Of a DNA stretch of 64,000 bases, positions 48,440-59,630 are shown one piece after another. Position numbers and translations under genes: made by a program. The DNA is from Alphaproteobacteria bacterium (GTDB taxonomy: Bacteria > Pseudomonadota > Alphaproteobacteria > UBA6615), in the NCBI GenBank assembly GCA_965261975.1, contig CBDHEC010000010.1:1-64000 (forward strand). The letters run 5' to 3'. The stretch's first letter is position 1, and each line of letters starts with the position of its first letter. Under the pieces are notes generated by a model, which worked only from the letters and a program-made list of their open reading frames with translations, was not told where the DNA came from and made no database searches.

Positions 48440-49414
48440 ATGAGAATCTGTATCGTTGGCGCCGGCGCGATCGGCGGTATTCTGGCCGCCCGGCTTGCGC
48501 AAGCCGGGCATGACGTCACGGCCATCGCGCGCGGTGCGCACCTGCAGGCCATGCAGGCAAATGGCCTCACCCTCAAATGGGCAGATGAGCAATTCACGGT
48601 CGACATAAACGCCACTGCCGAACCCGCCGACCTGGAGCCCCAGGATTATGTCATCCTGACACTCAAGGCACCCGCCCTTCCCGGTATCGCCACCTCGCTG
48701 GCCCCTCTCCTCGGACCGGAAACGGTCATTGTCACGGCAATGAACGGGGTTCCGTGGTGGTTTTGCCAGGCGCTTTCAGGGCCGCTGGCGGGCCGCTCAC
48801 TGTCGTCCACCGACCCGAACGGAATCCTGGAGGAGACGCTGACCCGGGAACCCCTGCTCGGATGCGTGGTGCACGCCGGCGCCTCGCTCCCGGAACCGGG
48901 GGTGGTGGACCATGCCGCCGGCGATCTTTTTCTTGTCGGCGACGCCAGCCGTCGCATGACGGCATCGGCCGCCGCGTTGGCCGATGCGATCTCCGGTGCA
49001 AGGCTCGACGGACGCGCCACCGACGACATTCACAGCGAAATCTGGATGAAGTTGATCGGCAATATGGGCATGGGGCCAATTTGCGCACTCACCGGGGCAA
49101 CCCTCGCGGGCCTCGCGGGTGACGCGGATGTCCGGCCGATCGCGGCGGCAATGATGCAGGAAGCCTCCGATGTCGGTGAAGCCCTCGGCCTGCCGATGAA
49201 CACGAGCGTGGAGGCAAGGATCGACCGCGGCGCCGAGCTGGGCGAGTTCAAACCCTCCATCCTCCAGGACCTCGAACGCGGACGGCCAATGGAAATCGAT
49301 ACGATGGTGACCGTTGTTTCGGAGATGGGTGAAATCGCGGACATTCCCACGCCAAACATCGACACGGTCCTCGCCCTGCTGCGCGGGCGCGCACGACGCG
49401 CCGGCCTCTACTGA
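48440..49414 (+). CDS. 2-dehydropantoate 2-reductase family protein
   Basis: GAGAIGG, NGVPWW, W.KL..N, KPSILQDLE.GR..E. Confidence 0.9.
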   Translation: MRICIVGAGAIGGILAARLAQAGHDVTAIARGAHLQAMQANGLTLKWADEQFTVDINATAEPADLEPQDYVILTLKAPALPGIATSLAPLLGPETVIVTAMNGVPWWFCQALSGPLAGRSLSSTDPNGILEETLTREPLLGCVVHAGASLPEPGVVDHAAGDLFLVGDASRRMTASAAALADAISGARLDGRATDDIHSEIWMKLIGNMGMGPICALTGATLAGLAGDADVRPIAAAMMQEASDVGEALGLPMNTSVEARIDRGAELGEFKPSILQDLERGRPMEIDTMVTVVSEMGEIADIPTPNIDTVLALLRGRARRAGLY

Positions 49415-49422
49415 TCACGCGC

Positions 49423-50616
49423 ATGGTGCTGCGTAGATCCTCCCTCGCGGTCCTGTTCGCGATGATGTTCTCGAGCCAGCTTGCGCTGACGATATTCCTG
49501 CCCGCCGTACCGGACATCGCGCGGGACCTGGAGACCACGCTCGGCCGCACCCAGCTGATTATCCCGGCCTATCTGATTGCTTTCGCCTTCATGCAGCTCA
49601 TCGTCGGCCCGCTTTCCGACCGTTTCGGGCGACGACCGGTCATCATGGGCGGGGTCGCGCTCTTCATGCTGGCCAGCCTTGCCTGTGCATTCGCGACGGA
49701 TATCTGGCAGCTACTCGGCGCGCGGTTCTTCCAGGCGGCGGGCGCATGCGCCTCCATCGTCGTCGGCCGTGCGACGGTCCGCGATACGAATGAAGGCAAG
49801 GCAACCGCGCAGGCCATGTCCTATGTGGCGATCTCACTGGGGGTCGGGCCGGCGATCGCGCCACTGATCGGTGCGGAGCTCGTGGAAACCTTCAACTGGC
49901 GCGCGACATTTCTGGCCACCGCGCTGGCAAGCGGTCTTTCTCTCCTCGTGGCGATCCCCATATTGCGCGAGACCCTTCCCGAGACCGCCCGGGAACGCAT
50001 CGATATCGTCCAGCTCTTCCGCGGCTATCTGGCATTGTTCAGGCGCGCCGGTTTCATGGGCTACAGCCTGACCATCTCTTTCCAGAGCGCGATCTTCCAG
50101 GTCTTCATGACCGCGGCGCCGATCGTGCTGATCATTCAACTCGGCGTGACACCGAAACTGTTCGGCCTGTATCTGATGATCATACCCATCGCCTTCATCA
50201 CCGGTAGCTACGTATCGGGAAGGCTGGTTCGGATCCTGCCGGTCGATCTGATCGTCGGCGCCGGGAGCAGCCTGGGTGTCCTGGGAGGCCTGATGCAGGT
50301 CGGTCTGGCCCTGTCGGGTCAGGCGACGCCGGACCTGATCATCGCGGCCATTTTGGTCTCGAACTTCGGCACTGGCCTCGTGTTGGCGAACTGCTACGCC
50401 CAGGCGCTGAACACGGTACCGCCATCCTTCGCCGGTGCGGCGTCGGCGATGGGCGGCTTCCTGCATATGGGCTGGGCGTTCGTCATGTCCCTGATCGTGG
50501 CACACCTGCCCCACACCCTGTCCCTGCAAATGGGGATGGCACAACTGGCCACGACCCTCTTGAGCCTGACCGTGTTCCTGCTGGTCGTCAGGGCCTACGC
50601 ACGTCGCGGCGGATAG
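49423..50616 (+). CDS. Bcr/CflA-type MFS efflux transporter
   Basis: IFLPAVP, GPLSDRFGRRPV, RFFQA.G. Confidence 0.9.
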   Translation: MVLRRSSLAVLFAMMFSSQLALTIFLPAVPDIARDLETTLGRTQLIIPAYLIAFAFMQLIVGPLSDRFGRRPVIMGGVALFMLASLACAFATDIWQLLGARFFQAAGACASIVVGRATVRDTNEGKATAQAMSYVAISLGVGPAIAPLIGAELVETFNWRATFLATALASGLSLLVAIPILRETLPETARERIDIVQLFRGYLALFRRAGFMGYSLTISFQSAIFQVFMTAAPIVLIIQLGVTPKLFGLYLMIIPIAFITGSYVSGRLVRILPVDLIVGAGSSLGVLGGLMQVGLALSGQATPDLIIAAILVSNFGTGLVLANCYAQALNTVPPSFAGAASAMGGFLHMGWAFVMSLIVAHLPHTLSLQMGMAQLATTLLSLTVFLLVVRAYARRGG

Positions 50617-50638
50617 CGCCTGGCGCATTCACCCCGGG

Positions 50639-51067
50639 TCAAACTTGTGCCGTCAGGCCCGCAGCCTCGATACCCGCCACCGCGCAGGCCTCGTCATTGT
50701 CCGAACTGTCGCCGGTCACGCCGACCGCACCCGCAACATTGCCGTCCGCATCGCGGATCAACACGCCGCCGGCCACCGGAATCACCCGGCCGCCCGACGC
50801 AACGGCGACCGCGTTGCCGAAATGCTCGCGGGTCAGGAAATCCGTCTCGTTGGCGCGCGACGAACGGCCGATCGCCAGCCCGCCCCATGCCTTGCCGAAG
50901 GCGATCTCGAACCGCATGATTCCGCTCTTGTCCTCGCGCTGCATGGCAACAGGATGTCCGCCGTCGTCGAGCACCACGATGGTCAGCGGGCCGATATCCA
51001 GTTCCCGTCCCTTGGCCTGGCCGGCCGCAATGATCGTGTTCGCCTGTTCCAGTGTCACCTTCGCCAT
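50639..51067 (-). CDS. GlcG/HbpS heme-binding family protein
   Basis: VVLDDGGH, A.GKAW, AGGVLI..GAVGVTG..SDNDE. Confidence 0.92.
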   Translation of the reverse strand: MAKVTLEQANTIIAAGQAKGRELDIGPLTIVVLDDGGHPVAMQREDKSGIMRFEIAFGKAWGGLAIGRSSRANETDFLTREHFGNAVAVASGGRVIPVAGGVLIRDADGNVAGAVGVTGDSSDNDEACAVAGIEAAGLTAQV

Positions 51068-51175
51068 AGTCTTGCTCCCCAACGGAATGTTCGTGTTCAG
51101 AATGTTGGGCGCAGACTAACCGCCGGTCCCGCTGAAAACCAGTGTGGAACCGGGGGATATTTTGGCATTCAGGCC

Positions 51176-52213
51176 CTATTCGGCAGCTTCGGATTTTCCT
51201 TTCTGGTGGGTGTATGTGCTGGCCAGATAGTCGGCAAAGAAATCGCCATAGCGGATCGGTTCATAGCGAGCGGGGTTGTCGGGACCGACGCATCCCTCGA
51301 CTGGATCGATGACGTCATCGAGATCGGGGTTGAAGAAGAAAGCCAGCGAGTACCGGTCCTCAGTCGTCGCTGTGGTCACGCGATGAGGTGTCGCGACAAA
51401 GCGATCATTCGACCAACGCCGTAGCATATTGCCCGAATTCACGATCACGCCCTGCGCCATCGGCGGATGGTCGATCCATTCTTCATCGGGGGTCTTGATC
51501 TGAAGTCCCGGCTGGTTGCTCTGCGGCAGCATGGTGATGAAACCGGCATCCGTATGAGACGAGGCACCGAACTGATCATCGCGAAGCGCACCAACTGCAG
51601 GATACTTGACCATCCGGACCACGATTGTCGGATCCTTGAAATAGCCATCGAAAAAATCATCGGGCATATCCATCGCGCGCGCGTAGACCGGAAGCATCCG
51701 ATAACCGAGCTCAGACATCATGGCGTGATAAGCCAACTGCGATTCCCGGAATCCCGGTGCGTGGGCCTCTTCGGGCCATTGGTTGAGCCCGCGAAAACGC
51801 TCGCCGGACAGGACCTTGGGGTCGTCGGGTGAGCGTTCCTGATAATAGGTCAGGTTCTCCGAGGCGTCGCGTTTCAGCCCTTTCGTGCTGTCGACCGCAT
51901 GGGCTTCATTGAAGGTGAAGTTCATCGGGACATAGCCGATCTGATGCTCGTTGACCCGCATCTCCAATTTTTCTTCCAGCGGCAGATCATGAAATTGCCG
52001 TGCACCGGCAAAACCATTTTCGATCACCGACCAGTCAAGCCCGTGATTGACCCACATCATGAACCCGACCCGCTCCAGCGCATCACGCACCTGGGCCGCC
52101 AGGGTATCCAGCGCGCCCGCTTCGCCGGCGAGATAGGGGCCGACATCCAGAATGGGAAATTCGTCTTCGGTGGCTACACGGTAGGGGCGCTCGGTGGATG
52201 GTGTCGTGGTCAT
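51176..52213 (-). CDS. Isopenicillin N synthase-family 2OG-Fe(II) oxygenase
   Basis: HTD...H (ATPHRV)...RYS. Confidence 0.92.
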   Translation of the reverse strand: MTTTPSTERPYRVATEDEFPILDVGPYLAGEAGALDTLAAQVRDALERVGFMMWVNHGLDWSVIENGFAGARQFHDLPLEEKLEMRVNEHQIGYVPMNFTFNEAHAVDSTKGLKRDASENLTYYQERSPDDPKVLSGERFRGLNQWPEEAHAPGFRESQLAYHAMMSELGYRMLPVYARAMDMPDDFFDGYFKDPTIVVRMVKYPAVGALRDDQFGASSHTDAGFITMLPQSNQPGLQIKTPDEEWIDHPPMAQGVIVNSGNMLRRWSNDRFVATPHRVTTATTEDRYSLAFFFNPDLDDVIDPVEGCVGPDNPARYEPIRYGDFFADYLASTYTHQKGKSEAAE

Positions 52214-52414
52214 GGTGAAACTCCTGCTGGCGGTTCGGCGCGGGACGGAAAGTTTCGCGAAGCCTTTCCCATTGCCGACAGATCGACAAGTTTTGGAAAT
52301 GGCCCGTCTCACCGGCTAAGACTCGTACCAGACCAACCTGAAGTCGGTGCGCGACTGTGCCAAAGGGAACAATGGTAACGTCACCCCGATAAACCCGAGG
52401 CGGAGGAGAAGTGA

Positions 52415-53311
52415 ATGAGCAAGACAGTCGGAGTTGTGGGACTAGGCGCGATGGGATCCGCCATGGCGATCATGCTCGTAAAGGGCGGCTTCGAGGTTGT
52501 CGGATTCGATGTCCGTGACGCCGCGCTCGATGAGCTCGAGGAAAATGGAGGCCGCCGGGCCGAGAGCCCGCGCGACGTGGCGGAACAAGCCGATGTGGTC
52601 CTCCTGTCGCTGCCGACGATCGAGGCGTTCCAGGCGGTGATATCGGGTCAGGGCAGCGTCACCTCGGCGGGGCGCGAAGGCCTTGTCCTGATTGACACTT
52701 GCACCCTCCCGATCGAGGTGAAGGCCGAAGGCGCACGGATCGCCGCAGATTCCGGCATGACGCTGATCGACGGCACCGTGAGCGGCAACCGGGACATGAT
52801 CCTCGCCAAGACCCTCACCGCCTATATGAGCGGCGATCAGGCCGCCTACGAGGCCAATACGGATATTCTCTCGGCTTTCACACGGAAGCACAGCTTCGTC
52901 GGCACGTTTGGCAACGCGAGCAAGATCAAGTTCGTGATCAACCACCTGGTATGCGTGATGACGGCGGCAAACGCCGAAGCGATGGCGATGGGTCTCAAGG
53001 CCGGGCTGCAGGCGGAAGATGTGTTCGACCTGGTGAAGGACAGCGCGGCAAACTCGGTCCTCTGGGAAATTCGAGGCCCGATGATGGTCAGCGAGGACTA
53101 CACCAGCTCGCGCGGGAATTTCGGCATGGCGTCCAAGGACGGGCCGGTCATCGGTGCCTTTGCACAGGAGATGAACTACCCTGCACCCCTGTTTCAAACC
53201 GCGCTGCAGATGCACCAGGCCGCCGTCGGATTGGGCATGTACGACATCGATACGGCGGCATTGTGCAAGATGTATGAGACACTTTCCGGCACCGAACGCG
53301 AGACGAGTTGA
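52415..53311 (+). CDS. Beta-hydroxyacid dehydrogenase family
   Basis: GVVGLGAMG, D..VSG, K...N motif. Confidence 0.9.
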   Translation: MSKTVGVVGLGAMGSAMAIMLVKGGFEVVGFDVRDAALDELEENGGRRAESPRDVAEQADVVLLSLPTIEAFQAVISGQGSVTSAGREGLVLIDTCTLPIEVKAEGARIAADSGMTLIDGTVSGNRDMILAKTLTAYMSGDQAAYEANTDILSAFTRKHSFVGTFGNASKIKFVINHLVCVMTAANAEAMAMGLKAGLQAEDVFDLVKDSAANSVLWEIRGPMMVSEDYTSSRGNFGMASKDGPVIGAFAQEMNYPAPLFQTALQMHQAAVGLGMYDIDTAALCKMYETLSGTERETS

Positions 53312-53331
53312 ACGCTTCCAGGGGAATTCAG

Positions 53332-54201
53332 ATGGGCGACATTGTGTATCTCGACTATGACGCGGACACGCTGTTCGCCGAATACAACAATCGTGGAAAA
53401 GTACCGGACTATGAGGCGTTCATCGCCGATTTCGAGACACGCAGCGATCAGCTTCGTGCCGACGCGACCAACGGACGGATCGACCTCACCTACGGCGACG
53501 GACCTCGGGACCGCTTCGATTTATTCCTGCCGGATATCCCAAACCCGCCGCTTCATGTGTTCATCCATGGCGGTTACTGGCAATGGAACGACAAGGAGAG
53601 CTACGCATTCCTGGCCCGGCCCTTCCTTGACGCGGGTATCGCCTTCGCCAGCCTTGAATACTCGCTTTGCCCCGACGTCACGCTTGCCGAACTGGTCGAC
53701 CAGGTGAGGCGGGGGATCGCGCATATCTGGAAGAACGGCTCCGCGCTCGGTTATGACCGGGACAGGATTCAGGTCAGCGGCCATTCGGCTGGCGGGCATC
53801 TCGCCGGCGTGGCGCTCACCACCGACTGGTCGGCATTTGATGGCGCCCTGCCAGCAGATGTCGTGAAAAGCGCGATGCCGATCAGCGGCATTTTCGATCT
53901 TGAGCCGATCCGTCACACGCCGATCGGCGATCCGTTGGGCCTCGACGCGGTCAGTGCCGCGGCTCTCAGCCCGATGTTCGCGCTGCCTCGCACCAAGGCA
54001 AACACGGTCGTCGCACTCGGCTCTCACGAGGGCCGCGAGTTCCACCGCCAGGCTGAGGCATTCGCCGTTAACTGCCGTAACCACGGCACCAACGCCACGA
54101 TCGCAAGCGTGCATGGCGCCAATCATTTCAGCGTGCTTGAGGCTCTGGCGACCGGCGACGGCCAGTTGTTCGGTCTGGCGCGCGAAATGCTGTCGAAATA
54201 G
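53332..54201 (+). CDS. Alpha/beta hydrolase (arylformamidase-like)
   Basis: FIHGGYW, GHSAGGH, NHF. Confidence 0.88.
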   Translation: MGDIVYLDYDADTLFAEYNNRGKVPDYEAFIADFETRSDQLRADATNGRIDLTYGDGPRDRFDLFLPDIPNPPLHVFIHGGYWQWNDKESYAFLARPFLDAGIAFASLEYSLCPDVTLAELVDQVRRGIAHIWKNGSALGYDRDRIQVSGHSAGGHLAGVALTTDWSAFDGALPADVVKSAMPISGIFDLEPIRHTPIGDPLGLDAVSAAALSPMFALPRTKANTVVALGSHEGREFHRQAEAFAVNCRNHGTNATIASVHGANHFSVLEALATGDGQLFGLAREMLSK

Positions 54202-54254
54202 GCGCGACTTCGCTTGTCGCGACGCGGCGGCCGGGGTCAAAATCCCGATCCTTC

Positions 54255-55241
54255 ATGACTGAACACAAACTGGTTCCGGGCGTGGTTCCCACAACCGAAA
54301 ATCCCAACACCGAACGGGCCGATGCCTGGCAGCGCGTTTCCGTGGTCGCCGTCACCCACCACAGCCGCGCGGTCATCGAAAATTGCCTGGCCGGTATTGG
54401 TGACGGGGCAGAGGTTATCGTTGTCGACAATGCCAGCGACGACGGCACACCGGAACTGGTGCGTCGCATGTTGCCGCATGCCGACATTGAAGAAAACGCC
54501 ATCGGTGTCGGCTACGGCGCCGGCGCCAACCAGGGCCTCGCAAAGGTCACACGCGAGTTCGCACTGCTCGCCAATCCCGATTCGAAGGTCGACACCGCAG
54601 CGCTGGAACGGCTGCTCGATGCCGCCGATACCTATCCGGACGCCGCACTTCTCGCGCCGTGCGTGTTCGACGATTCGGGCTTGTATGAACCGGCGCACGA
54701 TGCCGAATTGTTCCAACGCCATTTGCTGCCGTCGCGCACAGGCGAAGCGCCCCCCGACGGACCATGCTGTGCTGAGTATCTTTCAGGCGCCGTGGTTTTG
54801 CTCCGCATGGCGTCATTCCATAACATCGGACCATTCGACGACGCCATCTTTCTGTATTACGAAGACGATGATTTCTGTATGCGCATTCGACAGAAGGGGT
54901 TCAGCGCCATTCTGGTGCCGGGCGCACTGGTTAATCACGGCGGTGGTGGCTCGGTACGCCCAAGCGCGCATTACCGATGGGAGAAGTATTGGCACATGGC
55001 CTGGTCACGGCTTTATCTTGAGCAGAAGTATCATGGCGGGGCGGCATGCGCCGCGGTCGCCTGGCCGAACCTGCTTCGCTACACATTGAAAACGCTCGGG
55101 AACACGCTGACGCTCCGCCGCGCGCAGGCATGGCGTGACCTGGCCCGTCTGTTCGGGACAGCCGGATATCTGCTCCACATCCCGGCATCGCGAACGGTAA
55201 GCCGCGCCAGGCCTTCCCAGCCCGATACAGAGAACCGATGA
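54255..55241 (+). CDS. Glycosyltransferase family 2
   Basis: VVDNASDD, GYGAGANQG, NPD, FLYYEDDD. Confidence 0.92.
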   Translation: MTEHKLVPGVVPTTENPNTERADAWQRVSVVAVTHHSRAVIENCLAGIGDGAEVIVVDNASDDGTPELVRRMLPHADIEENAIGVGYGAGANQGLAKVTREFALLANPDSKVDTAALERLLDAADTYPDAALLAPCVFDDSGLYEPAHDAELFQRHLLPSRTGEAPPDGPCCAEYLSGAVVLLRMASFHNIGPFDDAIFLYYEDDDFCMRIRQKGFSAILVPGALVNHGGGGSVRPSAHYRWEKYWHMAWSRLYLEQKYHGGAACAAVAWPNLLRYTLKTLGNTLTLRRAQAWRDLARLFGTAGYLLHIPASRTVSRARPSQPDTENR

Positions 55242-56326
55242 GCAATCCCGATCAGGAATTCTGGCGCGGACGACGCGTCCTCGTGACAGGCCATACCGGC
55301 TTCAAGGGCGCATGGCTGAGCGCATGGCTGGAAATGCTGGGTGCGGAAGTGCACGGGTTTGCCCTTGCTCCGGAACCAGGCGCAAACCTGTTTCGTGATC
55401 TGGGTGACTGGACTTATCTCACCTCCATGACCGGCGATATCCGCGATCGGGAAGCCGTGGAAATCGCCTGCGCGGCCGCCAACCCGGACATCGTCATTCA
55501 CCTTGCCGCACAGTCGTTGGTACGCCGCGCCCACCGGGATCCGTTGGGCACATACGCCACCAACGTCCAGGGAACCGGAAATCTGCTGGAGAAGCTCGAT
55601 GCCTGCACCGGGCTACGCGCGATCCTGGTCGTCACCAGCGACAAGTGTTACCGCAACGACAACAGCGGGCGCCCGTTCGTGGAATCCGACCCGCTGGGCG
55701 GCAGCGAACCCTACAGCGCCTCGAAGGCGGCGCAGGAAACGCTGAGTGCCGGCTGGCGCAAGGGAATCCTCGAGAACCGCGACCGCGCACCGCGCCTCGC
55801 CACCGCGCGGGCCGGCAATGTCATTGGTGGCGGCGATTGGTCGGAGGACCGAATACTGCCCGACCTCTTCCGGGCCATCGACGCCGGTCAGGCGCTCGAG
55901 GTTCGCAACCCGGATGCAACGCGCCCCTGGCAACATGTCCTCGATGTGCTGGCGGGTTACATGCGTTACGTCGAGGCCATGGTCCGCAACGAAGATGCGA
56001 CGCTGCCCAGCGCCCTCAATTTCGGACCCGATACAGAGACAGCACAGCCCGTGCGCTGGGTTCTGGAACAGGTGATCGAAACGGCGCGCACCGAGGGTGT
56101 TCAGGTGGAAGACTGGCAGCACACGCCGCAGGACGGGCCGGTGGAGGCCAGGAACCTGGCGCTCGACGCGTCGCTCTCGGCGGCCACATTGGATTGGCAC
56201 CCACATTTGTCCCAGGCGGATGCCGCCGAGTGGACGGCGCGCTGGCACGCGCAAGCCCTGCAGGGCAAATCGCCGCGCGACCTCGTCGAAGGGCAAATCA
56301 GCGCCTATCAGGAACTGGCGACATGA
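55238..56326 (+). CDS. rfbG: CDP-glucose 4,6-dehydratase
   Basis: VTGHTGFKGAWL, HLAAQSLV, TSDKCY, YSASK, RAGNVIGGGDW, RPWQHV. Confidence 0.95.
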   Translation: MSNPDQEFWRGRRVLVTGHTGFKGAWLSAWLEMLGAEVHGFALAPEPGANLFRDLGDWTYLTSMTGDIRDREAVEIACAAANPDIVIHLAAQSLVRRAHRDPLGTYATNVQGTGNLLEKLDACTGLRAILVVTSDKCYRNDNSGRPFVESDPLGGSEPYSASKAAQETLSAGWRKGILENRDRAPRLATARAGNVIGGGDWSEDRILPDLFRAIDAGQALEVRNPDATRPWQHVLDVLAGYMRYVEAMVRNEDATLPSALNFGPDTETAQPVRWVLEQVIETARTEGVQVEDWQHTPQDGPVEARNLALDASLSAATLDWHPHLSQADAAEWTARWHAQALQGKSPRDLVEGQISAYQELAT

Positions 56327-57570
56327 GCGCGCGCAGCGAAACACATCCCGCGTGCCGATTCTGTGGCGAGCCCCTGCGGACCAGCTTCGCCAATCTGGGT
56401 GAAACACCGCTGGCAAACAGCTATCTCGACAACGCCGACCCGGGCACGGCGGACCCCCGGTACCCGCTCCACGCGCGCGTGTGTGACAGTTGCCTGCTCG
56501 TCCAGGCGGAAGACGTCGTGCCGGCCGAAGAAATTTTCTCCGACTACGCCTACTTCTCGTCCTTCTCGACGAGCTGGGTCGCGCATGCGCAAGCCTATAC
56601 GAAGATGGCGCAAAAACGCTTCGGGCTGGGTCCGTCGAGTTCGGTCATCGAGGTCGCCAGCAATGATGGCTACCTGCTGCAGCATTTCGTCAAGGCAGGC
56701 ATACCTGTCCTCGGGATCGAGCCCGCCGCCAATGTCGCCAAGGCCGCCGAAGCAAACGGCGTACCGACATTGGCCGCGTTCTTCGGTCTCGATCTCGCCA
56801 GAACCCTGCGGGACAAGGGAACCAAAGCGGACCTGTTACTCGGCAACAACGTGCTGGCCCATGTTCCCGATCTCAACGATTTCGTTGCCGGTCTCGCGCA
56901 TCTGTTATCGGATGATGGCGTGCTGACGATGGAATTTCCCCATCTGGCACGGCTGATCGAGGACGCGCAGTTCGATACGGTCTACCACGAGCATTTCTCG
57001 TATTTCTCACTGCTCGTCGTCGAGAAGATATTCGCCCGCCACGGGCTGCGACTGTTCGATGTCGAAGAACTGCCGACCCATGGCGGGAGCTTGCGGATTT
57101 TTGCATCACTGATGGCCGGCACCGCACGCCCGGAAGAGCCCGGGCTCGCGAAAGTCCGACGCGACGAGGTCGCAATGGGGCTCGACAAGATCGAGAGCTA
57201 CGCCGGGTTCCAGGCCCGCATTGAGGCCATTCGCGACGGCCTCCTGGCGTTTCTTGCCAAGTCGCGCGCCGAGGGCAAAACCGTCGTCGCCTACGGCGCC
57301 GCCGCCAAGGGGAACACGCTGCTCAATTACTGCGGCGTAGACGATTCCCGGATCGACTATGTGGCCGATGTCAGCGACCAGAAGCAGGGCAAATTTCTGC
57401 CGGGCAGCCGTATCCCGATCGTGCCGCCCGAGCGAATACGCGACACGAAGCCGGACTATGTGCTGATATTGCCCTGGAATCTCAAACGCGAGATCACGAC
57501 CGCCCACGACGACATCGCGGAATGGGGCGGTCGGTTCGTTGTCGCCGTACCGGAGCTGACCATCTTGTGA
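56323..57570 (+). CDS. NDP-hexose C3-methyltransferase (SAM-dependent, Zn-binding N-terminus)
   Basis: CRFC...CDSC, ASNDG, YHEHFSY, THGGS, YGAAAKG, LPWN; ATGA overlap with rfbG. Confidence 0.9.
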   Translation: MSARSETHPACRFCGEPLRTSFANLGETPLANSYLDNADPGTADPRYPLHARVCDSCLLVQAEDVVPAEEIFSDYAYFSSFSTSWVAHAQAYTKMAQKRFGLGPSSSVIEVASNDGYLLQHFVKAGIPVLGIEPAANVAKAAEANGVPTLAAFFGLDLARTLRDKGTKADLLLGNNVLAHVPDLNDFVAGLAHLLSDDGVLTMEFPHLARLIEDAQFDTVYHEHFSYFSLLVVEKIFARHGLRLFDVEELPTHGGSLRIFASLMAGTARPEEPGLAKVRRDEVAMGLDKIESYAGFQARIEAIRDGLLAFLAKSRAEGKTVVAYGAAAKGNTLLNYCGVDDSRIDYVADVSDQKQGKFLPGSRIPIVPPERIRDTKPDYVLILPWNLKREITTAHDDIAEWGGRFVVAVPELTIL

Positions 57571-58106
57571 TGAAGTTGATGCCCACGGATATCGCCGGCG
57601 TCTTCGAAGTCGCGACAGCGCCCATTGCCGATACGCGCGGCGACTTCGCGCGAAGCTATTGCGCCGACGAGTTTCGATCGGCCGGCATTAACTTCGACGT
57701 TGTCCAGATCAATATTTCGCGCAATCACCTGCGGGGCACGCTGCGGGGCATGCATTACCAGGCGGAACCGATACCCGACCCCAAACTGGTCCGCTGCACG
57801 CGCGGACGCATCTTCGATGTTGCCGTAGACCTTCGACCCCAGTCGAGCACCTTCTGTCATTGGACCAGCGCCGAACTGACCGCCGATGGCCAGAACGCCA
57901 TGTTCGTGCCATCCGGATGCGCGCACGGCTTTCTGACACTCGAGGACGATTGCGAGATCGAGTATCTGATGGGTGCGGCATATGTCGCGGATCTGGCGCG
58001 CGGTGTGCGTTGGGACGACCCGGCCTTTGCCATCGATTGGCCAGATGCACCGACGCTGATGTCCGACCGCGACGCGGCGTTCCGCGATTTTTCTGCCGAG
58101 ATATAG
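57570..58106 (+). CDS. rfbC: NDP-4-keto-6-deoxyhexose 3,5-epimerase (RmlC family)
   Basis: [36 protein letters not shown]. Confidence 0.9.
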   Translation: MKLMPTDIAGVFEVATAPIADTRGDFARSYCADEFRSAGINFDVVQINISRNHLRGTLRGMHYQAEPIPDPKLVRCTRGRIFDVAVDLRPQSSTFCHWTSAELTADGQNAMFVPSGCAHGFLTLEDDCEIEYLMGAAYVADLARGVRWDDPAFAIDWPDAPTLMSDRDAAFRDFSAEI

Positions 58107-58107
58107 A

Positions 58108-58698
58108 ATGGGCGGCATCAGCTACACTCTCCGCCGCCTGTTCGGCGCCCCGGCCCGCAAGAGCCAGCTTCCCGGCTACATCACCATCGGACGTGGCACC
58201 TACGGCCTCGATCGGAACAGCTTTGCAGGCCTGTCCCCCGACTGCCCGGTGACCGTCGGAAACTACTGTTCCGTCGGCCCCGATGTGATGGTGCTGTGCA
58301 AGACCGACCACCGGACTGATCGACCCGCAACCTACCCCGTTCGCAGCCTGCTGACGGGCAGCGGTACCAACATGGATGCGATCACACGTGGCCCCATCAG
58401 CATCGGGCACGATGTGTGGATCGGCGCACGGGCCGTCATCCTCAGCGGGGTGACGATCGGGAACGGCGCCATCATTGGTGCCGGCGCCGTGGTTGCACGT
58501 GACATCGAACCCTATTCGATCAATGTCGGTGTTCCGGCCAAGAAAGTACGCGATCGGTTCGAGGCAACACAGATATCCGCACTCGAAGCCATCGCATGGT
58601 GGAACTGGCCGGAATCGAAAATCGCCGAGTCCGCCGAACTTTTCGACGCGAGCATCGACGACTTTCTCGCCCGCGCGCCGCGAGCCGGCGATGCCTGA
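58108..58698 (+). CDS. CatB-related hexapeptide O-acetyltransferase
   Basis: [33 protein letters not shown]. Confidence 0.9.
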   Translation: MGGISYTLRRLFGAPARKSQLPGYITIGRGTYGLDRNSFAGLSPDCPVTVGNYCSVGPDVMVLCKTDHRTDRPATYPVRSLLTGSGTNMDAITRGPISIGHDVWIGARAVILSGVTIGNGAIIGAGAVVARDIEPYSINVGVPAKKVRDRFEATQISALEAIAWWNWPESKIAESAELFDASIDDFLARAPRAGDA

Positions 58699-59608
58699 TC
58701 TGCGCACCGCGCCCCGGTTCAGATCTGCACTGGTCACCGGCGCGACGGGGTTTCTCGGATCTCATCTGGCAAACCGTCTGTCCGACTCAGGCGTTGCGGT
58801 GACCGTTGTGACGCGTCCGTCAAGCGATCCGGCGCGTATTGCCCAAATGCCGGACACCATCGAGATCCACACCGCGACAGGCACCGGCGACGATCTCATC
58901 GCCTGCCTCGAACAGGCCAGGCCCGATGTCGTGTTCCATCTCGGGGCCCGTTATGTCGCTGCGCATAAGCCCGGGGATATTGCGGGTCTGATCGATGATA
59001 ACGTGATCTTCACGGCCCACCTCTGCGAAGCCCTGACGATGGCCGGGGTCCGCTCGTTGGTCACGGCCGGCACCGGATGGCAGAATGCGGGGAGCGCACC
59101 GGGCGACCCGACACCGACACCCAACACACTTTACGCGGCGAGCAAGCAGGCGGCGGACGATATCATCGACTACTACGTCAGTTCGTCGGAATTGAATGCA
59201 CTCACGCTCAAGATCTACGACAGCTACGGCCCCCGGGACCCGCGGCGCAAGTTCCTGTCGGTGCTGCGCGAGGCTGCGGAAAACGGAGAGGCAATAGACG
59301 CGACACCGGGCGATCAATTGCTCCACATGGTGCATGTCGATGACCTGAACGACGGTTTTGTCCATGCCGGCAATCTTCTGCTATCGGGGGATATTCGAGG
59401 ACGCGCCAGTCACACCCTGCCGTCTGCAAAGAGCGTCACGCTGCGTGAACTGGCCGAAACGTGGATGTCGGCGAACGATCGTCATGTCGAGATCCACTGG
59501 GGTCGCAGACCCCATCGTGACGGCGAAGTCATGGTCCCGTGGGACGGCGCCCCCCTGCCCGGCTGGTCACCTCGGATCGATCTGAAAACCGGCCTGAAAG
59601 GCTGCTAA
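58691..59608 (+). CDS. NAD-dependent epimerase/4-reductase (CDP-abequose synthase-like)
   Basis: [24 protein letters not shown]....HV.D. Confidence 0.85.
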   Translation: MPDLRTAPRFRSALVTGATGFLGSHLANRLSDSGVAVTVVTRPSSDPARIAQMPDTIEIHTATGTGDDLIACLEQARPDVVFHLGARYVAAHKPGDIAGLIDDNVIFTAHLCEALTMAGVRSLVTAGTGWQNAGSAPGDPTPTPNTLYAASKQAADDIIDYYVSSSELNALTLKIYDSYGPRDPRRKFLSVLREAAENGEAIDATPGDQLLHMVHVDDLNDGFVHAGNLLLSGDIRGRASHTLPSAKSVTLRELAETWMSANDRHVEIHWGRRPHRDGEVMVPWDGAPLPGWSPRIDLKTGLKGC

Positions 59609-59630
59609 CCCGTCGTTCCCACCTGCGTGG

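Noticed and set aside
55645-56322. N-terminal extension of the methyltransferase ORF (641 aa in the track)
   Set aside because: It overlaps rfbG; the true start is the ATG at 56323
58108-58698. Chloramphenicol or streptogramin resistance gene
   Set aside because: Its position inside a sugar operon favours a sugar O-acetyltransferase
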